Made by a program: the position numbers and the translations under genes | The notes under the pieces: model-generated | The model's input: only the letters and a program-made list of their open reading frames with translations | Told to the model about the DNA's origin: nothing | Databases searched by the model: none | In this document: positions 13,688 to 28,189 of the stretch, one piece after another | Layout: each line of letters starts with the position of its first letter | How positions within the stretch are numbered: the first letter of the stretch is position 1 | Assembly: GCA_040954595.2 (NCBI GenBank) | Contig: CM082580.2 | Location: 9,526,390 to 9,590,389 of the forward strand | Direction: 5' to 3' | Source: Balanoglossus misakiensis | Taxonomy: Eukaryota; Animalia; Hemichordata | DNA length: 64,000 nucleotides

Positions 13688-13947
13688 TCCGTATGCGCGC
13701 TGAAATGCTCGACGGAATACTGAACAGTGCCGAATCGGATTTTCCTCGTAACAGCAGCAACTGTTGATCTCACTTAGTCGTACACTAAGGCAATGTTCTC
13801 CCAGTTGAGCAATCTCAGGCGCTTTCACGGTCGGCTGCACTTCTAAAAAGCATTGATTTCACATTCAATTAGAGGGGCGCTTAGAAAGCTTAATTGAACG
13901 GAACAAATCCACAGGTCACCTTTTCTTCATTAAGAAGCTGGTACATC

Positions 13948-13993
13948 ATTCATTCATCCTTCGCTCGTTCGTTCATTCATTCATTTATTCATT
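13948..13993 (+). repeat. Degenerate (TTCA)n microsatellite
   Basis: Direct reading. Confidence 0.7.
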
Positions 13994-16900
13994 CGTACAG
14001 ACATATAAGTTTCGCAGGTCGCAGACTTGTCGGATATTAATAAAAGGAAAGTATCTTAAGTTGTAAGTATTATGCATTTAATATCCGACTGCGACAGACT
14101 GAAAAACGGGTCATCTCTGTCTGTGTCTCTCTCCGTCCGCCCCTTCATCTAATTGACTTCTTGGAAATAATTGTGAGGGTAGGCATGCGACAGGTCCGCT
14201 GTCTCTTTTTGACCCAACCCACTCCACGTGGTGTGACTTCTCAAGTTGTAATTGGGTTAAGCCTATATTGCTTTTTTCTGGGGTTTTTTCTTAATGAAAG
14301 ACTACAAAAGATAGGTCTCCACTTAGTAACTCGACAACATTCGCGGCAAATTGTCGCCTCATGTTTCCGTTTTACCAACACTATCGATTGCTTTAACGAT
14401 CTTTTCCAAGAAATCATCCATGTACAGTGCCCCCGCCCTAGCAACAAAGTAACGAGGCATTCCATCACGTGGAACGTCTGTCACAATCTTCGCCTCGCGA
14501 TGTCGTATCACTCTCGCTGTATTCCCAACGTGATTAAAACTAATCGATGCACGCGAACCCATGCAATCACCACGGACGGTTTTATGACGGGCGATGCGCA
14601 AGCAATTTTACTTTTATGGCCACACACTTCTTCTTAAGGACGGGGGTGGGGCATGTTATCAGCGCTTGAGTGAACATTTTCATTACCTGTCGATATATTG
14701 GGATGATAAGATGAGTGTTTAATTCCTTTTTCCTACAAATCCAAATTGTATCAACGAACACGTCCAGCAGTATATCACAGTGACTAAACTGTGATAAGAT
14801 ATTAAACATACAGCGCTGACTCTTTTAGTTGGCTGAGGTGTGATGCCTCACTGTGGCTAAATGCTTTGGAAAGAACAAGATCCGTAAGTCATAGAGGCAT
14901 AGTTTGGTACTGATGTGGCTGACACATCACTGCGCATATTCTATTATTTGCAAATCGGTATATTCAACAATATAGGTTAACATTGAGAACCCCTCTATAA
15001 ATTATGTAAGCCGGAGGACTATGCGCAATCGTTACATTTCCAGTCATAAATCTGGCAGGAAATATAACGTCCCCTGCCAACTTTTGTCTCATTCGTCTCG
15101 GGATTCAGTTCTATACATGATGCATGACTCAGCAGACGATGTAAAATTTATTCCCCAGGAGATACCGACCTACTTCTAGGCCGACGGCCATTTTGATTGC
15201 TGAACTGAAATGCGTGGTGATCAAGCAAGGAAGTCTCACATGCGCACTTATAGTTCCGACTAAATGAATAAAACAGCAAAATACATATAGTCTTCATACT
15301 CTTCCGCTAGACAAAGGATTACATGTACCACGGTTAACCGTGCATGTACTTATCTTGGAATGGCGTGTATACTGATAAAGAGAAAAATGCACTGAATGTA
15401 ACTCAGAATCCGCGGTTGTTTTTCAGTGGATAGCTTATAGATTACACACTGTCTACGGTTGGCCGATAGATAATGTCAGAGCCAATTAGTGAGATTTCAG
15501 TTGCTATGAATAGCTAGGGACTAGTAGCATGGAACACGACCCCGAAGAAATAGTCTAGAAACTCGTCATGGGAGAGCGTCACGTTTTCAAACTCTAAATT
15601 TGCAAAATGAAAATATCCCAAATCTCAAATAAGGCACTGTGCGTGAAGGCGCCAAATAGTCGCCACGATTCTCCTTCGTTTTCTTGTTACACCATAAGAA
15701 ATGACAATATGATAGTATGATCGCGAAAGTCATGCGCAGTGTGTGCTTTGACGATTTGTTCCTGCAGCTGGGGCTTCATCAGTAATCGTTACGAGGGTAC
15801 CGTTTTAGCCCAGTCGCACCGGGTCTATTGTACAATGTATTTCATGGGCACACGGTTACCTGTAGTTTCTATAGATCGACGACCGACTCTGACACTTCAT
15901 GTTGTCAGATACACATCTCTTGCAGCATGTGCTTTTCTGCACCGGAAGTCGACGGATTTGATGACTACACACGATATGGCGCGGATGGCTCGAAGTGACA
16001 GATTTGATCTCGTATGCTGTCAGGCTGTTTTCAATTTGAACCGAGATGAAGTGACAGCACAGCGAGTATTCATCATGCCACATCTCTGAATTATTAATTT
16101 CTATACGGGAGAATCTTAGATGTTTGATTGCCTCGGGTGATTACATTTAGTATTGTGCCGTGGTGATATTGTGAACACAGCCACGCATTTGCATGGGATG
16201 TGTTTCATTATCTGCCAGTCAGTGTCAATAGTGAAGGTTGTCTCGTTGCACAGAGCATTCATTTATGCGGCTATCACGAGGCGTGAAACCTGCAGACTCA
16301 ACCAACAGGTGGTATGGCTTCCCATTACTGACGTCACCGATGACGCCGATAAGCGATGAGAATTCTATGCCACCTATCACGGCAGCGGGGAAAAAGTATC
16401 GCAAAGGCGTGTAAGTTCTACTCAGGTTATTTGAAAGAACTATGGTTGATGCATTTCAAAGTCCGTATGTTTGAAGTGACACACAAACAATATCCAATAT
16501 CAATGAAACGCATTTTTTCTGTCAGCGCCATACGTCAAATGTAATACAAACTAATTTCGCAATTAATATAAACATGACAAATCCACTTATAGATGGAAGG
16601 ATAAAACTAGATCATTCGAGAAGAAGAGCCCTTTTCACTTTTAAGAATTGCCGATGGTCATTGATACGACCTCAGCAAAAATCAGTGCAATGGTTTCTCT
16701 CAAGGTTAGCGGTAAATTGAAAAAGGCACATTCTCCTAATCCTCCTGCAAGTTGATCCGAAAACTACCCAGAGGATAGATTTATTTAAAAGGTTTCTGTG
16801 TACAAGATTACCCTCGTTTTGTACGGCTTCTGTTAAGTGCAACGTTGGTGAGGATCGCGTGACTACATAACAACTCATTGAAAAATCCTCAATAGAAAAA

Positions 16901-17139
16901 AATAAATTTGCTATCTGTTAATTTATACTGCAAACCATCCGGATAACCGTTTTCGAAAGCAACATACTGCCTGTACAATAACGTCATTACGACCGACTGC
17001 ATGTGTGAGGAGAACTTCTAATGAAAAGCGTCGATAAAAACATTCCAATCATAAATCTTTTTTATGATACATAATATGTGCTGTTTCCTAGATGTGGTGA
17101 TTGTCGGCCTAAAACGCTCGTCGATATGCAACTCAGAAT

Positions 17140-17360
17140 TTAAGGTACTTCGCATTTCAGGCAAAACAGTTAGACCTAGAAGTATGTCTTATCTGCATAA
17201 TCTACAGGACTTCCGAATGTAAACCATTTAGGCAAAACATTCAAGCCATAGTCACCTACTCTATAAACTGCCCCAGTTTAACTGGGCCATTCTGATAAAG
17301 CCGTTTGCGCATGCCCCTTGACGTATTTCTAAACTCAAACCAATAATCAACGTACCTTGA
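17140..17360. mobile_element. Possible degenerate MITE with TTAAGGTAC...GTACCTTGA ends
   Basis: TTAAGGTACTTCG at ~17140 versus the reverse complement of CAACGTACCTTGA at ~17348-17360: 10/13 identical. Confidence 0.25.
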
Positions 17361-18997
17361 AGAATTGTGGACCTTTACCGTAAAACCACGATAACCATAT
17401 GCTTACATTGACAAGATGGAACATGCGAAACGTTTAGTCATAAGTTAACTTTTTTTGGCTTATCGACAACAAGGTTTGTGAACGTGTGTGCCAAATTGAT
17501 TGAAGGGATAATATCGGTGTACTTGATATTATAAAAGTTTTGCTGTGTGTACGTGTATACAGTTTTAGTGATAATTTGTTTTTCTTGGGTAATGTTGGTT
17601 GACATCCCTGTAAGGTATGGATATTTGTGTTGTGGTTTGTACCGCGTAGTCATTAGTCACAAATATCACATGACTGTTGGTCAAAATATAGCCTATGTAG
17701 TAGACCATTAAAACAAATGATTGTAGGGGTAAATTAGCATAGTTAGATCGTAAACCATGAGTGTCTTCCCTGTCTGTTCTTAGTCTTAGTGCAACGTCAG
17801 TTTTTGGTCATTCGATGAAAGATATTGCGAAGCAAAAATGCTGGAAGCCATGAAGAAATCCGAGAGAGCATATTACCCATCAGTCAGAAGGCTTATAGCA
17901 TTTCGTGTAGAAACTGGTAAGTGGGTTTTTGAAATTATCTGTAAATTGGATCTTTCATCCGGGGGCTTTTCGGAATGACGCTAGTTCAGCTACTGTACCT
18001 CCGCTAATATATCTAGGTTACCGCGTACTGAGGAGTCGAATACTGATCTCAAACCCGCTGATGCTCTTTCCGTAAGTGTGTCAACTGGAAATGTGGGGAG
18101 GGGGGTTAACCAAAATCTCTCGGGTGCAGGGGCAAACTATAATCTCCGAAAGAGTTGCTGTTAATTTCTGTAAATCTTAAATCTCTCGAAGCTGATCAGG
18201 CTAACCCGCAAGTAAGAAGTCACACGTGGTTATTGTGAATTGTGAAACTGCTTTTATAATTATTGAGAGACCTACTTCGTGGCTATGTTCTTTTGTGTTT
18301 GGCGGATTGCCTACGTCATCTGGTCATACGAAGCGAAACGACTAAGCACATTGAATTCCGGCTAAACGAGAGCGGATATAGCCTTCAGTAATGGTAGGGG
18401 AAAATTGTAGCGAGGTAAAAAGGTGAAGGACTCGTTAAAGTGAAAACATTGATCAGATTGAATAAATCGAAGAGGGCATTGTGAACGTGATCTGGATAAA
18501 ACAAATCACGTTGATCCATTGATAGGTTTCTTAAAATAGCTTCCTGATCCTGCATTGCTTCGTTATCACGCCCGAACATGTATTCTGTTCTTCGTGTTGC
18601 ACACATCTGCTTAATCAGAAATAAGTTTGCAATTTTTTTGAAAATGTTTAATTATAAGGTTATTTTCGTCGGCCTGACTTTACAGTAATGGAAATATTAC
18701 TCTAGATACAGTTGATGTGAAACCATGAATTAAGAAGAAGTGTAAATCAGCGAGTACATGTAAAACAACTGTTACGACACACGGCGTTAAATTGGTTGGT
18801 CGAGAGAGAGGTAGTTTTTTTCTTTTGCATAACAAAAGCCCTGCCTTTCAATTAGTTCATTATAATATTATTTAACCAGCTGGTCACTGGTATAAAAGGC
18901 ATTCTCACACAAAAAAACCACGAGGAACACTTCTCGACACTGCATGGGAGGAGCACGTCACTCTAAATAACTGGCCCTACAAAATTTATCCGTTGTC

Positions 18998-19051
18998 TGT
19001 GAGCAACGGACTTCGGTGAACGACGGACTTTGTGAGCAACGGACTTCTGTG
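18998..19051 (+). repeat. Minisatellite, ~3 copies of a 16-17-bp unit (TGTGAGCAACGGACTTC)
   Basis: Units at 18998-19014, 19015-19030 (variant) and 19031-19047, plus a partial fourth. Confidence 0.8.
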
Positions 19052-21740
19052 CCTTGGAGAGACTTGAATTCGGCCAGGACTTTTGTGGACTCAATAATTC
19101 CTCGACCAAGCAGGGTAACAACCATAGAACATTTTTTTAAGACTTTTTTGACATTAGAAAGCTAATTAGTTCAATTATATACTTCGTTGATGAACTACAA
19201 ACTCCATTGTGTGCTCCCGGTTATTTCTACCGTAACACAACAAGAACAGCTAGATAGAGATTTAGCGTAATTGAATATTACGTCACATCAATTTTATTCG
19301 ATAATTGCTTGCTTTTGTTAGCTCTCCTAATTTCATAACAGCTGACAGGTAATTTAACACGAACGCAGTACTTCACCCACGGTGAACACCGGTTCCCATT
19401 GTTGCTAAAAAACGTCATTCGTGCACGAGAATCCAGTTTGTTAGTCTGCTTTGTGCTGGTAATGAATGCTACATGGGGGCTGTGCCGGTTGGAAACTCGC
19501 GTCATCATGATAACAGAATCTCCTTTCTCTGTAGGGTCAAACTAATTTTCTCCCGTGAATTAAAATATGCGGACTGGAAAATGGGCTAAACGCCACCACC
19601 ATAAAAAGAGAAAATAGCGATTCTGAACACACTCTATAGCAGCACCCACACTGTGATCTGATTCAATGCACTGTATAATCCACGTCATAAAATTAAATGA
19701 AGGGTATTCTAGCCTGTGATGGACTTGAATTTCACCACTTGCAGTTTCGATCACGATGATTGGTCCACCAATGCCGCCATTATGGAGTATCCCGCTGGGC
19801 GCCATTACCCATGACGCTTTGCAGCAATTGTCCCCTTTCATCAACTATTTGGATCCTGGCATAACGGTGAAGCTGGTGAGAATTGAACGCTCCCTTTGTC
19901 GTAATGAGTGAGAGTCTGTTCTATATTCTAACCCCATTTCACACTTGCTATTAAATAATGCAGCATCCATTAATTAGATATCGAAACCGCCAGCCACAGT
20001 GTTTGCTTTGCAATCACGTCTTGCTCTAGCAAAGACGAACCGAATCCGCCTCTTACAGAAACGGCGTTTAATCTTTGCAGCACTTTAAACACCCATTATC
20101 ACACATTCTTGGATCGAAAGGTAATTTACCCTGCAACAGAATGCAAAGGGGGATTCTCTCCCTGACGTCACACTATCGGAAAGGAAGACCGTTAGTTAAA
20201 ACGGGCTTAACCGTGACTTTATTGGATGCTTTGACTCCCCGCGGCCGAACTCCGGCTACACAGCCGACAAACGCGAATCCGTGAAGAATATTACAAACCC
20301 TGGTCTCAGTTGATACTGAGATTAACACAGAGTCTCCTCGTCAACTTGCCGTTAAAGTGCAATGCGAATGCACGGCGAGGCTGGCGTCGCCAAGTCTATT
20401 CACTATACAGGAGACGAATGACAAGGTAGACAGAAGAGCAAATAGGTAGGCAAGTGAGTAGCTGGGTGTAAGCTTTATAGGTAGATGGAGCACAGACACA
20501 CAGAAAGGTAGACAGACAGGCAGACAGACATGTATTGCTGTAACATAGAGGTACCAACAGATACCAATAACTGAGCTAAACTTTACTTTTCCTGAATGCG
20601 TGGCGTTTCCTTCTTAGGTCAGTCACACTGAAAACTGATGCACCCTCTCGCCTTCGTTATAAGTCTACCGTTTCAATTATGCATCTGACCTTTCCGATCA
20701 CGGTTGAGAACAAATGCGCCATCATCTCATTTTCAATCTATCAAATCTGTCATGAGATAATAGAGACATCAATTTCCTTAGGGCTATACTCTGGTGTCTC
20801 TGGAAGGAAACGGAGCTTGAATCAAGAACTCAAGTTTGGGTTTCAATTTCCTGACTGTCGCTCTCGAAGCCAGGTTGTCGAACTCTTGTTTTACACGAAC
20901 CTGCAACGTTTTCTCGGCACATGGGACGGATCGTGTGTACTGTCACATTTGGAAGGTTTTCCCATTAAGACTCGCAATGTTTATACCTCCGAACAAATAT
21001 TGCCACACTTAGAGATATTGCCGATCGGAAGTTATATATACTGTAGTGCGCATATGATAATGCCTCTTCAGTTTAGAAACTATGGTGTACCCGTAAAACT
21101 TTAGAGACGCCTGTTGAACCACATATATACCAACTAAACGATCATACCATCCATGGATAGTAGCTATAATTACTTTTGATGATTATTATTTGTTTAAATA
21201 TTTTGGTATCTGCAGCTCCGACAGTTTCTTATTCTACTCGCTTGGGGGTGTCTTTCTTGAATGCCAAGAATATTCGGCTTGTCAACCAAGTCTGTATACG
21301 TTAGGGCAATATCATGATTGACAATTGATTTCTTTGAAATCTTTTTGGTGCATGAAAACCATGCAGTGTAATTTCCAGGGAATCGTGCACTGGGGGGGGG
21401 GGACAGAATCCCGAGGGGTTTTTGTAAGTAAGTTGTGTGACGTAAAACGATGCAGGTGATCCTCAAAGTAGAGCGCACACACATTTACGCATTGAAGTCG
21501 CATTGTGTTGTTCCTTCACAAAATTGAAAGGAAACTCGTTCAGGAATTCATTTCCCAGGGTAAAATGGCGCCAATCGGCCGTCCTGTGATAAAAGCGGTG
21601 TTCTCAATCGACAAAACCAATCGGCGGAATTAAGAAGTCGGAAGTTCAAGTGTAAGGGTTGACCGACTTGCATATGTGATTGTTTCGCGGGCGTGCATAT
21701 ATGGGTCACGGTGAAGTGACGCATTTTGTACCACAGTAAA

Positions 21741-21955
21741 GGGAGAATCATTCGATTTCTGCAGATGGATGGGAGATTTAGGTACTAGTATGACAGCATT
21801 TTTTTTCAACCACTGTTACAGTATTTTTTTCTCGATTGCCAGTCCACCTTATCCCCTGAAGGCATTGCAGAAGTTATTTTCCTCCGCACCATCTGTCAAC
21901 TATTTTTTTCTTCAATGTATCCTCCACCCACCCCCAGAAATCAAATGGTTCTCCC
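21741..21955. mobile_element. MITE, family copy 2 (21-bp TIRs)
   Basis: GGGAGAATCATTCGATTTCTG (21741-21761) and CAGAAATCAAATGGTTCTCCC (21935-21955) are 19/21 reverse-complementary. T-rich non-coding interior. Confidence 0.8.
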
Positions 21956-24900
21956 CCAAAGAAAGAACAAGCGAGCTTAATGACTCGTGTAATGGCTCAT
22001 GCTGTTAAACACCGACAACAAATTGGTTTTCAGGTTGAAAATACTGTACTGACGCACAGCACGAGAGAAATTGATGCGCTTCATATTTACGTCATAGTAT
22101 TATGATTGCCCGCGCATTGGATGCATGCGATCCTATTTTGGTATAGACCCTCGAGAAACAGGATGCGACACAGCGGCAAAGTGACAAAAGAAAATTTGAT
22201 TAAGGTGACGAACGACGTCGTGTTGAATAATTAATCGATGGATTCCCCCATATCAAAACACACCCAATTCCGCATTTAGTTAAATCATTACTGTTATTAA
22301 TTAAAAGGAAGTTATCTTCGCGTTATCACAGATGGATTAACAGTCCTTTTCACGGACATTTGAGTCCGATCTTGCGTTGAATCCCATCGATGCAGGTAAT
22401 CATTTGCATAATATATTGTTTTTTAGTCAATCTATTTGCAAATCATTAGCGACTTCGCTGTCGGATTTATTGCTTGCGATTAGAGCTCCGTTCCGCAACG
22501 CCGTTCGGCCTGAGATGGACAAGTATAGCAAAATGGCCCGGTACTATATTATGTCACGCTCACTAACTCGAGTTAAAACCTGCACAGGCACGGCCATTTG
22601 AGCGAGTAATGGAAATAGCCCGGAAGCCTAGGCGGTTGTGATCAAATATAAACGTGTAAGGTGGACAACAAATCGTCGTGTGGTACATTAGACTCAATCC
22701 CGCGGGCGTTAACTGAAAATGGAAACGAGAAACCGCGCGCCCTATAATAGTAAATTACGCGGCCTGGCTCAGTATTTACAACAACGCCGAAATGCGACGG
22801 TCAATTAAGGCTATAGTGTTATCAGATAGCAATAATTCTGAACATTATAACGTTTAAGCAAGACATGACTTTCATACAAATGAGAATTAAGTAGGCTCTG
22901 CGGTTATGCTGGGGATCACAGCTTTGTATTCAGAAAGTTGATTATGTCGCCAGGCACAAACTTCTGCTCAAGTTTTTTATGGCATGTTGTACCACTTGGC
23001 AAACGTCGCTATCTGGACAGGACAGTTGCCCCTTTAAGGATAGAAAGCATTTATATCATTTCTATCGCGAAATAATAACCCTGAGATATTAAAAACTTGA
23101 AGGCAGATAATGTGTTATAAAAGTTTATTAGTTTAAATTGAAAAGTGAGTGTCCGACTAAAACTTACAAGAACGCCACAGAGATTGTCAGCATTTTGGCA
23201 ACATCCCAAAATGCAAACGCAAACGATGATTCATAGTCTAATAAATATTGAGCAACGTCATTTTCGATTAATTGCGCTGTATCACAACACCGTGTTGTTG
23301 TGAAAAACAAGTTATCGAGTTCGCGAGGCAGGATTATTACACCACCCGCTACATTTATTTTATGGCTATCTGCATACACAGTGGTCAGATTTATGAACCG
23401 GTCCTGGAATGTAACAACCATATTTGGGGGAACCTTAGGATTTTCTTCGATGAGATACTCGTCTCTTGACGCTGTACAATGCCAGGAAATAATCTCATGT
23501 TGCAAGCAAACATCGTCAGGGTAACGTGAAAAGGCATCGGGGTCTATTTAGCGTATCCGAAGTTAACGAAGTCCAGGCTGAAGTGTCAAAGAAACTGGTT
23601 CAAAGTTCTCACAAGTAAATGAGAATACTCTTAAGATTTTCATTTCCGGGATTACTACATGCGTCAAAAGATGAGCGATCGCATTATATTTCGATTTCAC
23701 TGCCGCGGCGGAAAGTCGCAATGTTGTAGGCATGCGTTCCTACGGGGGAAATATTTACCACGTACTTCAAAACGAAAAATTACAGGAGGAGTAATACATC
23801 AAGTATTGTGTAATCCCTCACAGTATTTACGAGGAAATGCCGCTCACCCCAAACACGTTCGTGCAAAGATTTATAGGAGTGAATTCGAAGAATATGATAT
23901 GATATGACCCTATCAATTCCAATCGGCGTGTTCTTTGGCTCATGTTAGCAGCGCACGGGGGACCAGCGGGATCTTAATTTTCAGCGTAATAACATCACAA
24001 CCGCGGGTGTTGTCGTATAATAGGAAGTATGTTAACGGGGGAATTGCAAATCCATCATTTTTTTTTCAATGACACTGGAAATGAGAATGACGCATACAGG
24101 CGCTTGAAAGTGGGACTGGGTATTTTGTTTGTCACGGGATGCGAAGATAACCTTTCAATTATGCCGTCACCGTCAACAATAAAATGAGTCAATAGGCCTA
24201 AGCTGACGAAATTGGCGATAACATTTCAAAGAAAAACGGAAATTCTCACGGCGTAAGGAGTAAACAAGTGGACCGAAATCCCAAATGAATAACCTGTGAA
24301 AATAACATCAAATGTAATTTTCTGGGGGTTTTACTTATGGAAATTTAATGGGCCATTTCTGGACGCTGTTGCCATTGCTTTTAGTATGTCAGTTGTCCAT
24401 TTGAGTATATAGTGGAATAACACAACCGTCGAAGCTTAAGCAACAAGTTCTGATGGCCACTTCAGCGCCGGATACCGGAGATATTCGGTGAAAATTGTCG
24501 CGTTAGAACTTCATATGCACTTAACAACCTTATATGCGCTATGACGCAGATCCCAACTACAGCAGAAACAGTAATTTCCGATGACTGGACTGTGATAAGA
24601 AGAGTTGTTGAGTTTGGCTTATTACATTGGAAAGTGCATAGTTCAGTTAATAAGCCATAGGGCAGGTAAACCACGATTACCCCTGATTTGGACAATCCAT
24701 TAACTTTTCGGTTATTATCTGCGCCAATACCACAATGGATTCCCATTGAAACACAAAATCGAGAAAATAGAAACTCTACACCAACCACTACCCAAAATTA
24801 TCGCGACACGATTTCTGTTTCAAGCAGTAAAGTGCATTATATGCATTTAGTTTGATTTGATTGCCAGAAATACAAGTCTTAATTTTCATGTTTTGCATTA

Positions 24901-26606
24901 TGGTTCGCGCACGGTCGTTGTCTTTGTGTGTTTTATAAATTATGTTCACCATGGAGACATTATTATAGGAATAATAAAATATAACCTAAACCGACCTTTC
25001 CTTTCCGGTTACACGAGTATTACGAGTGCTTCTTGTAATAAATGGCTGTAGACATTTTAAGAGGGAATGTGTCACATGGTAGGATAGGAAAGGTTGTCTT
25101 GAGGCCAGACTTTTAAAGGGGTCGTAATACCCCATTCACTCGACATAAATAATTATCCCCCTTGTCTGCTCCGTGTCGGTCCAAACCAATGAACTGTCGT
25201 AAATACTATTGTTATCTTATATCCAAAAAAGGTATGGTTGAACGTTTCGTTTTATTGCCTCTCTCAATGTGTTGCTTGCATTCAATAAATTAAAGACTTT
25301 ACCTGAATGAAATATATAAAAGGGACCTAATCCACGGTAATGTTTTCGGCTCGCAATCTAATCACAGCCCGTATATCTTATTTCTGGGTAAATGTGTATT
25401 ACAGAAATCGTGACTAACATTAGAAGTGAGAAACTGTCGATTTGGATTGATTGGGAAATGGATTCCTGTTCTTTGAAAAGGAGCTTAGTCGATATTAATG
25501 CATGTTTATTCTGCCGTATTCTGTTTAAAGAAATCTCTGGATTAAGGAGGTTATATTTGAGAACGTGATCTGGCCAGGTAGACTCAGATGAAGTGATGGC
25601 TTTATAGATGCAGACAGTGCGCACGTGAAATGTGTGCAGAAAATCCACGACCAAAGATTAAACGTAAACTCGAGACAGGTGTTATTTCAGCTATTACATG
25701 TACTGCGTATTATGTTGTGGACTACCCACTGTTCACAAATGAAAATGTATTTGTTTAAAGTTTAAATATTTCAGATACCGCATATACCAGAAAACTCACA
25801 ATATTTCCCGCGTAAAATCGCTCTTGGCCAACAACCAGTATTCTCAGTAATATTCTTACGCCGTCAGGTTTATGGTCACGTGGCCTTGGCGTGTTCGTGA
25901 CGTCAGACTCAAGCGACATTATTGTCTCGCTATCTCTCCCTTTATGAATTAGTGATACCGATCGCAAGCTGCGTGAACGGGTTTGCAAGTTCCATGGCAG
26001 ATCGATAGGACCTCTGCAAGATAGGAAACGCACTTGCCAAACGAGATAACGTGCGCCGCACCCGGTACATCGTGGAAAGTCTAGCAAAGGCGTCTAATAT
26101 TCATCACCAGAAATGAAGATATTCTAAACAGAGATTTTCAGCCGATATTAAAATATTAACACCAGGTCGGTTCGTGTTGACCTCGGATAAATAAGATTAT
26201 TTATTGTCAGTTTGCAATGACCTTTGTCAGCGACATTAATATATCAAAGTTTAATTAAGTCATTTTTCTTGGGCAATATTAATGATACCTTGGTGATTTT
26301 GAAACAGTAAGAATAATGGACGTTAGCCCTGATCAGTTTATAAGCCATAAGTCATGGTGCAGATAAAGACAGTATCCATTTTAATTGTCATTATTTACTT
26401 TGATGCTCCAATCATCATGTAGATTCAAGTATACAGTTGATGTTTATTAATGTTTCTCGATAGTTAAAGTTCGACGACCCCTGAGGTTTTGCCTCCGTCA
26501 GATGTGCGCGTATTTCAATTTCGAGGTCTGCTTAACCGTTATAAATGGAAAAAAATCAACAATACTCTAAACAACAGTGCTATGGTGTTACGACCGCTGG
26601 CTTAAA

Positions 26607-26642
26607 ATGGATGGATGGATGAATGAATGGATGGATAGATGG
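26607..26642 (+). repeat. (GATG)n microsatellite, imperfect
   Basis: Direct reading. Confidence 0.8.
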
Positions 26643-28189
26643 AGGGACATGAATCGTTAGTTTGTTTATTTCAAATGCCAGGGCCTCAGCCCATCACATA
26701 TAGAACATCTTAGACATTACATAAATACAAGAAAGTGTAAATCAAAATGGCTGTCAGTTGAAGGTGTCGTCAACAAATGAATATTCATTTTTAAGGCGTG
26801 CAATCGGGTAGAACACCTTATGTGTAGGGCAATCTTGTAAAGATTGCCCAGAAGTCAAATCTTAAAGCAGAAGATGTAGAGAAATAGCATACGGCATCAT
26901 GGAAGCAAATCTCCGCGACCTTGAACGTGTATTTCGATTATTCCACAGTCACTGACTTAACATATACACTGAGCTAAATAATGAACACCACGCCTTCGGC
27001 TGTTTACGGAAAAGTCAGCTCTTCCGAAAAAGACTGTTCGCTATATGCTTTTTTGTTGCTGTGAAGGGTCCTTCGTACTTCTGTTGGAAAATCAGTCTTT
27101 CCTGGAAATGAAAATTACTATTGCTTTGAAATACAGTCCATCATCAAAACATCTCCGGGCTTTGTGTAAGTCAATTTCAAAGTGACTTTCCTGGAAAATC
27201 TCATTGGACTTCGTATCCTACAAGCATGTATGCTTTGGTTAACCTTCAACGAGACAAAGTAAACAAGGATATGTAGGTCAGTGCACAGTCAGTGCAAGGA
27301 GACGTTTGGATACGCTTTGTGCAAAACCTCATGAAACTGACAGTAGTAGAAATGTATTTTCTATTAATTATGGATCTTTAATTAGGCCTAATTGGCAAGA
27401 GTAGTATATATTAATATCCAAGGGTAAATACTTAATTTGTGGGTTAAAACTACGGCTTCATTGCATTTAATCATAGATGTCTATCTTCTGAATAAATAAA
27501 TTAGCGAGTGTTAGTTGTGGCTTCGGTGTGAAACCCCTGCCACTTGATGGCGCCCTACAGGCTTGCTTACATTTGACGTCTGTCGTCTTTGAATGCGAGG
27601 GAAACAGTGCTTGATCCCAAAACGTGGAATTGCGCAATTGCGCGGTGACTTCGGATTATTAGACTTACCTTGAGGAGAGAAGACTGCCGTTCGTCCATTA
27701 ATGATAGACAATTTGGGTGGTTGTTCCTCTTGTGGGATCAGGTGGAATCCTCGGGCTATAAGTTGTCTGAATCTGGCTTTCTCTTCATTTAACGATGTCC
27801 CGTTGCCTGAAGAACTTGGGGAGGCTTACCAGGAACAAGTCAGTAATTTGTTGATTTTCCTCTGAGAACTAAAATCGCAGTTTGATTCAGCTTGAGAGAC
27901 TTGGGAGATGGAAGCCAATCTTCGGTAAACGGTGATTGCAGTTGCGATTACCAAATTGAAAGTGGTTTCAACGGAAGTTGTTTGGTCAACGCAGAACACG
28001 CGGGTCAAACGCCAAAAGCAAAAAAAATCATTTAAGTGATTTACGTAAAGTATTTTCTTGCTGACATGAATCTATGAATCTAAAGTTATCGCTCAGCATA
28101 TTAAATCAAGAACACCACTGGAGACATGATGGTAATATCCTATGAATAATCGCTTAAAATCTGATTGTACAAGGCTCTCATCAGTTTCT

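Noticed and set aside
27669-27806. Minus-strand open segment with a strong donor (…AVFSPQG|gtaagt)
   Set aside because: There is an in-frame stop just upstream, the implied upstream intron would be only 23 nt, and I found no convincing partner exons. It may be GPCR 3' UTR.
750-28000. Remaining 60-160-aa ORFs and any autonomous transposon or reverse-transcriptase gene
   Set aside because: I recognised no domain motifs, and the lengths fit random ORFs in ~40% GC DNA. Small exons could still be hidden here.
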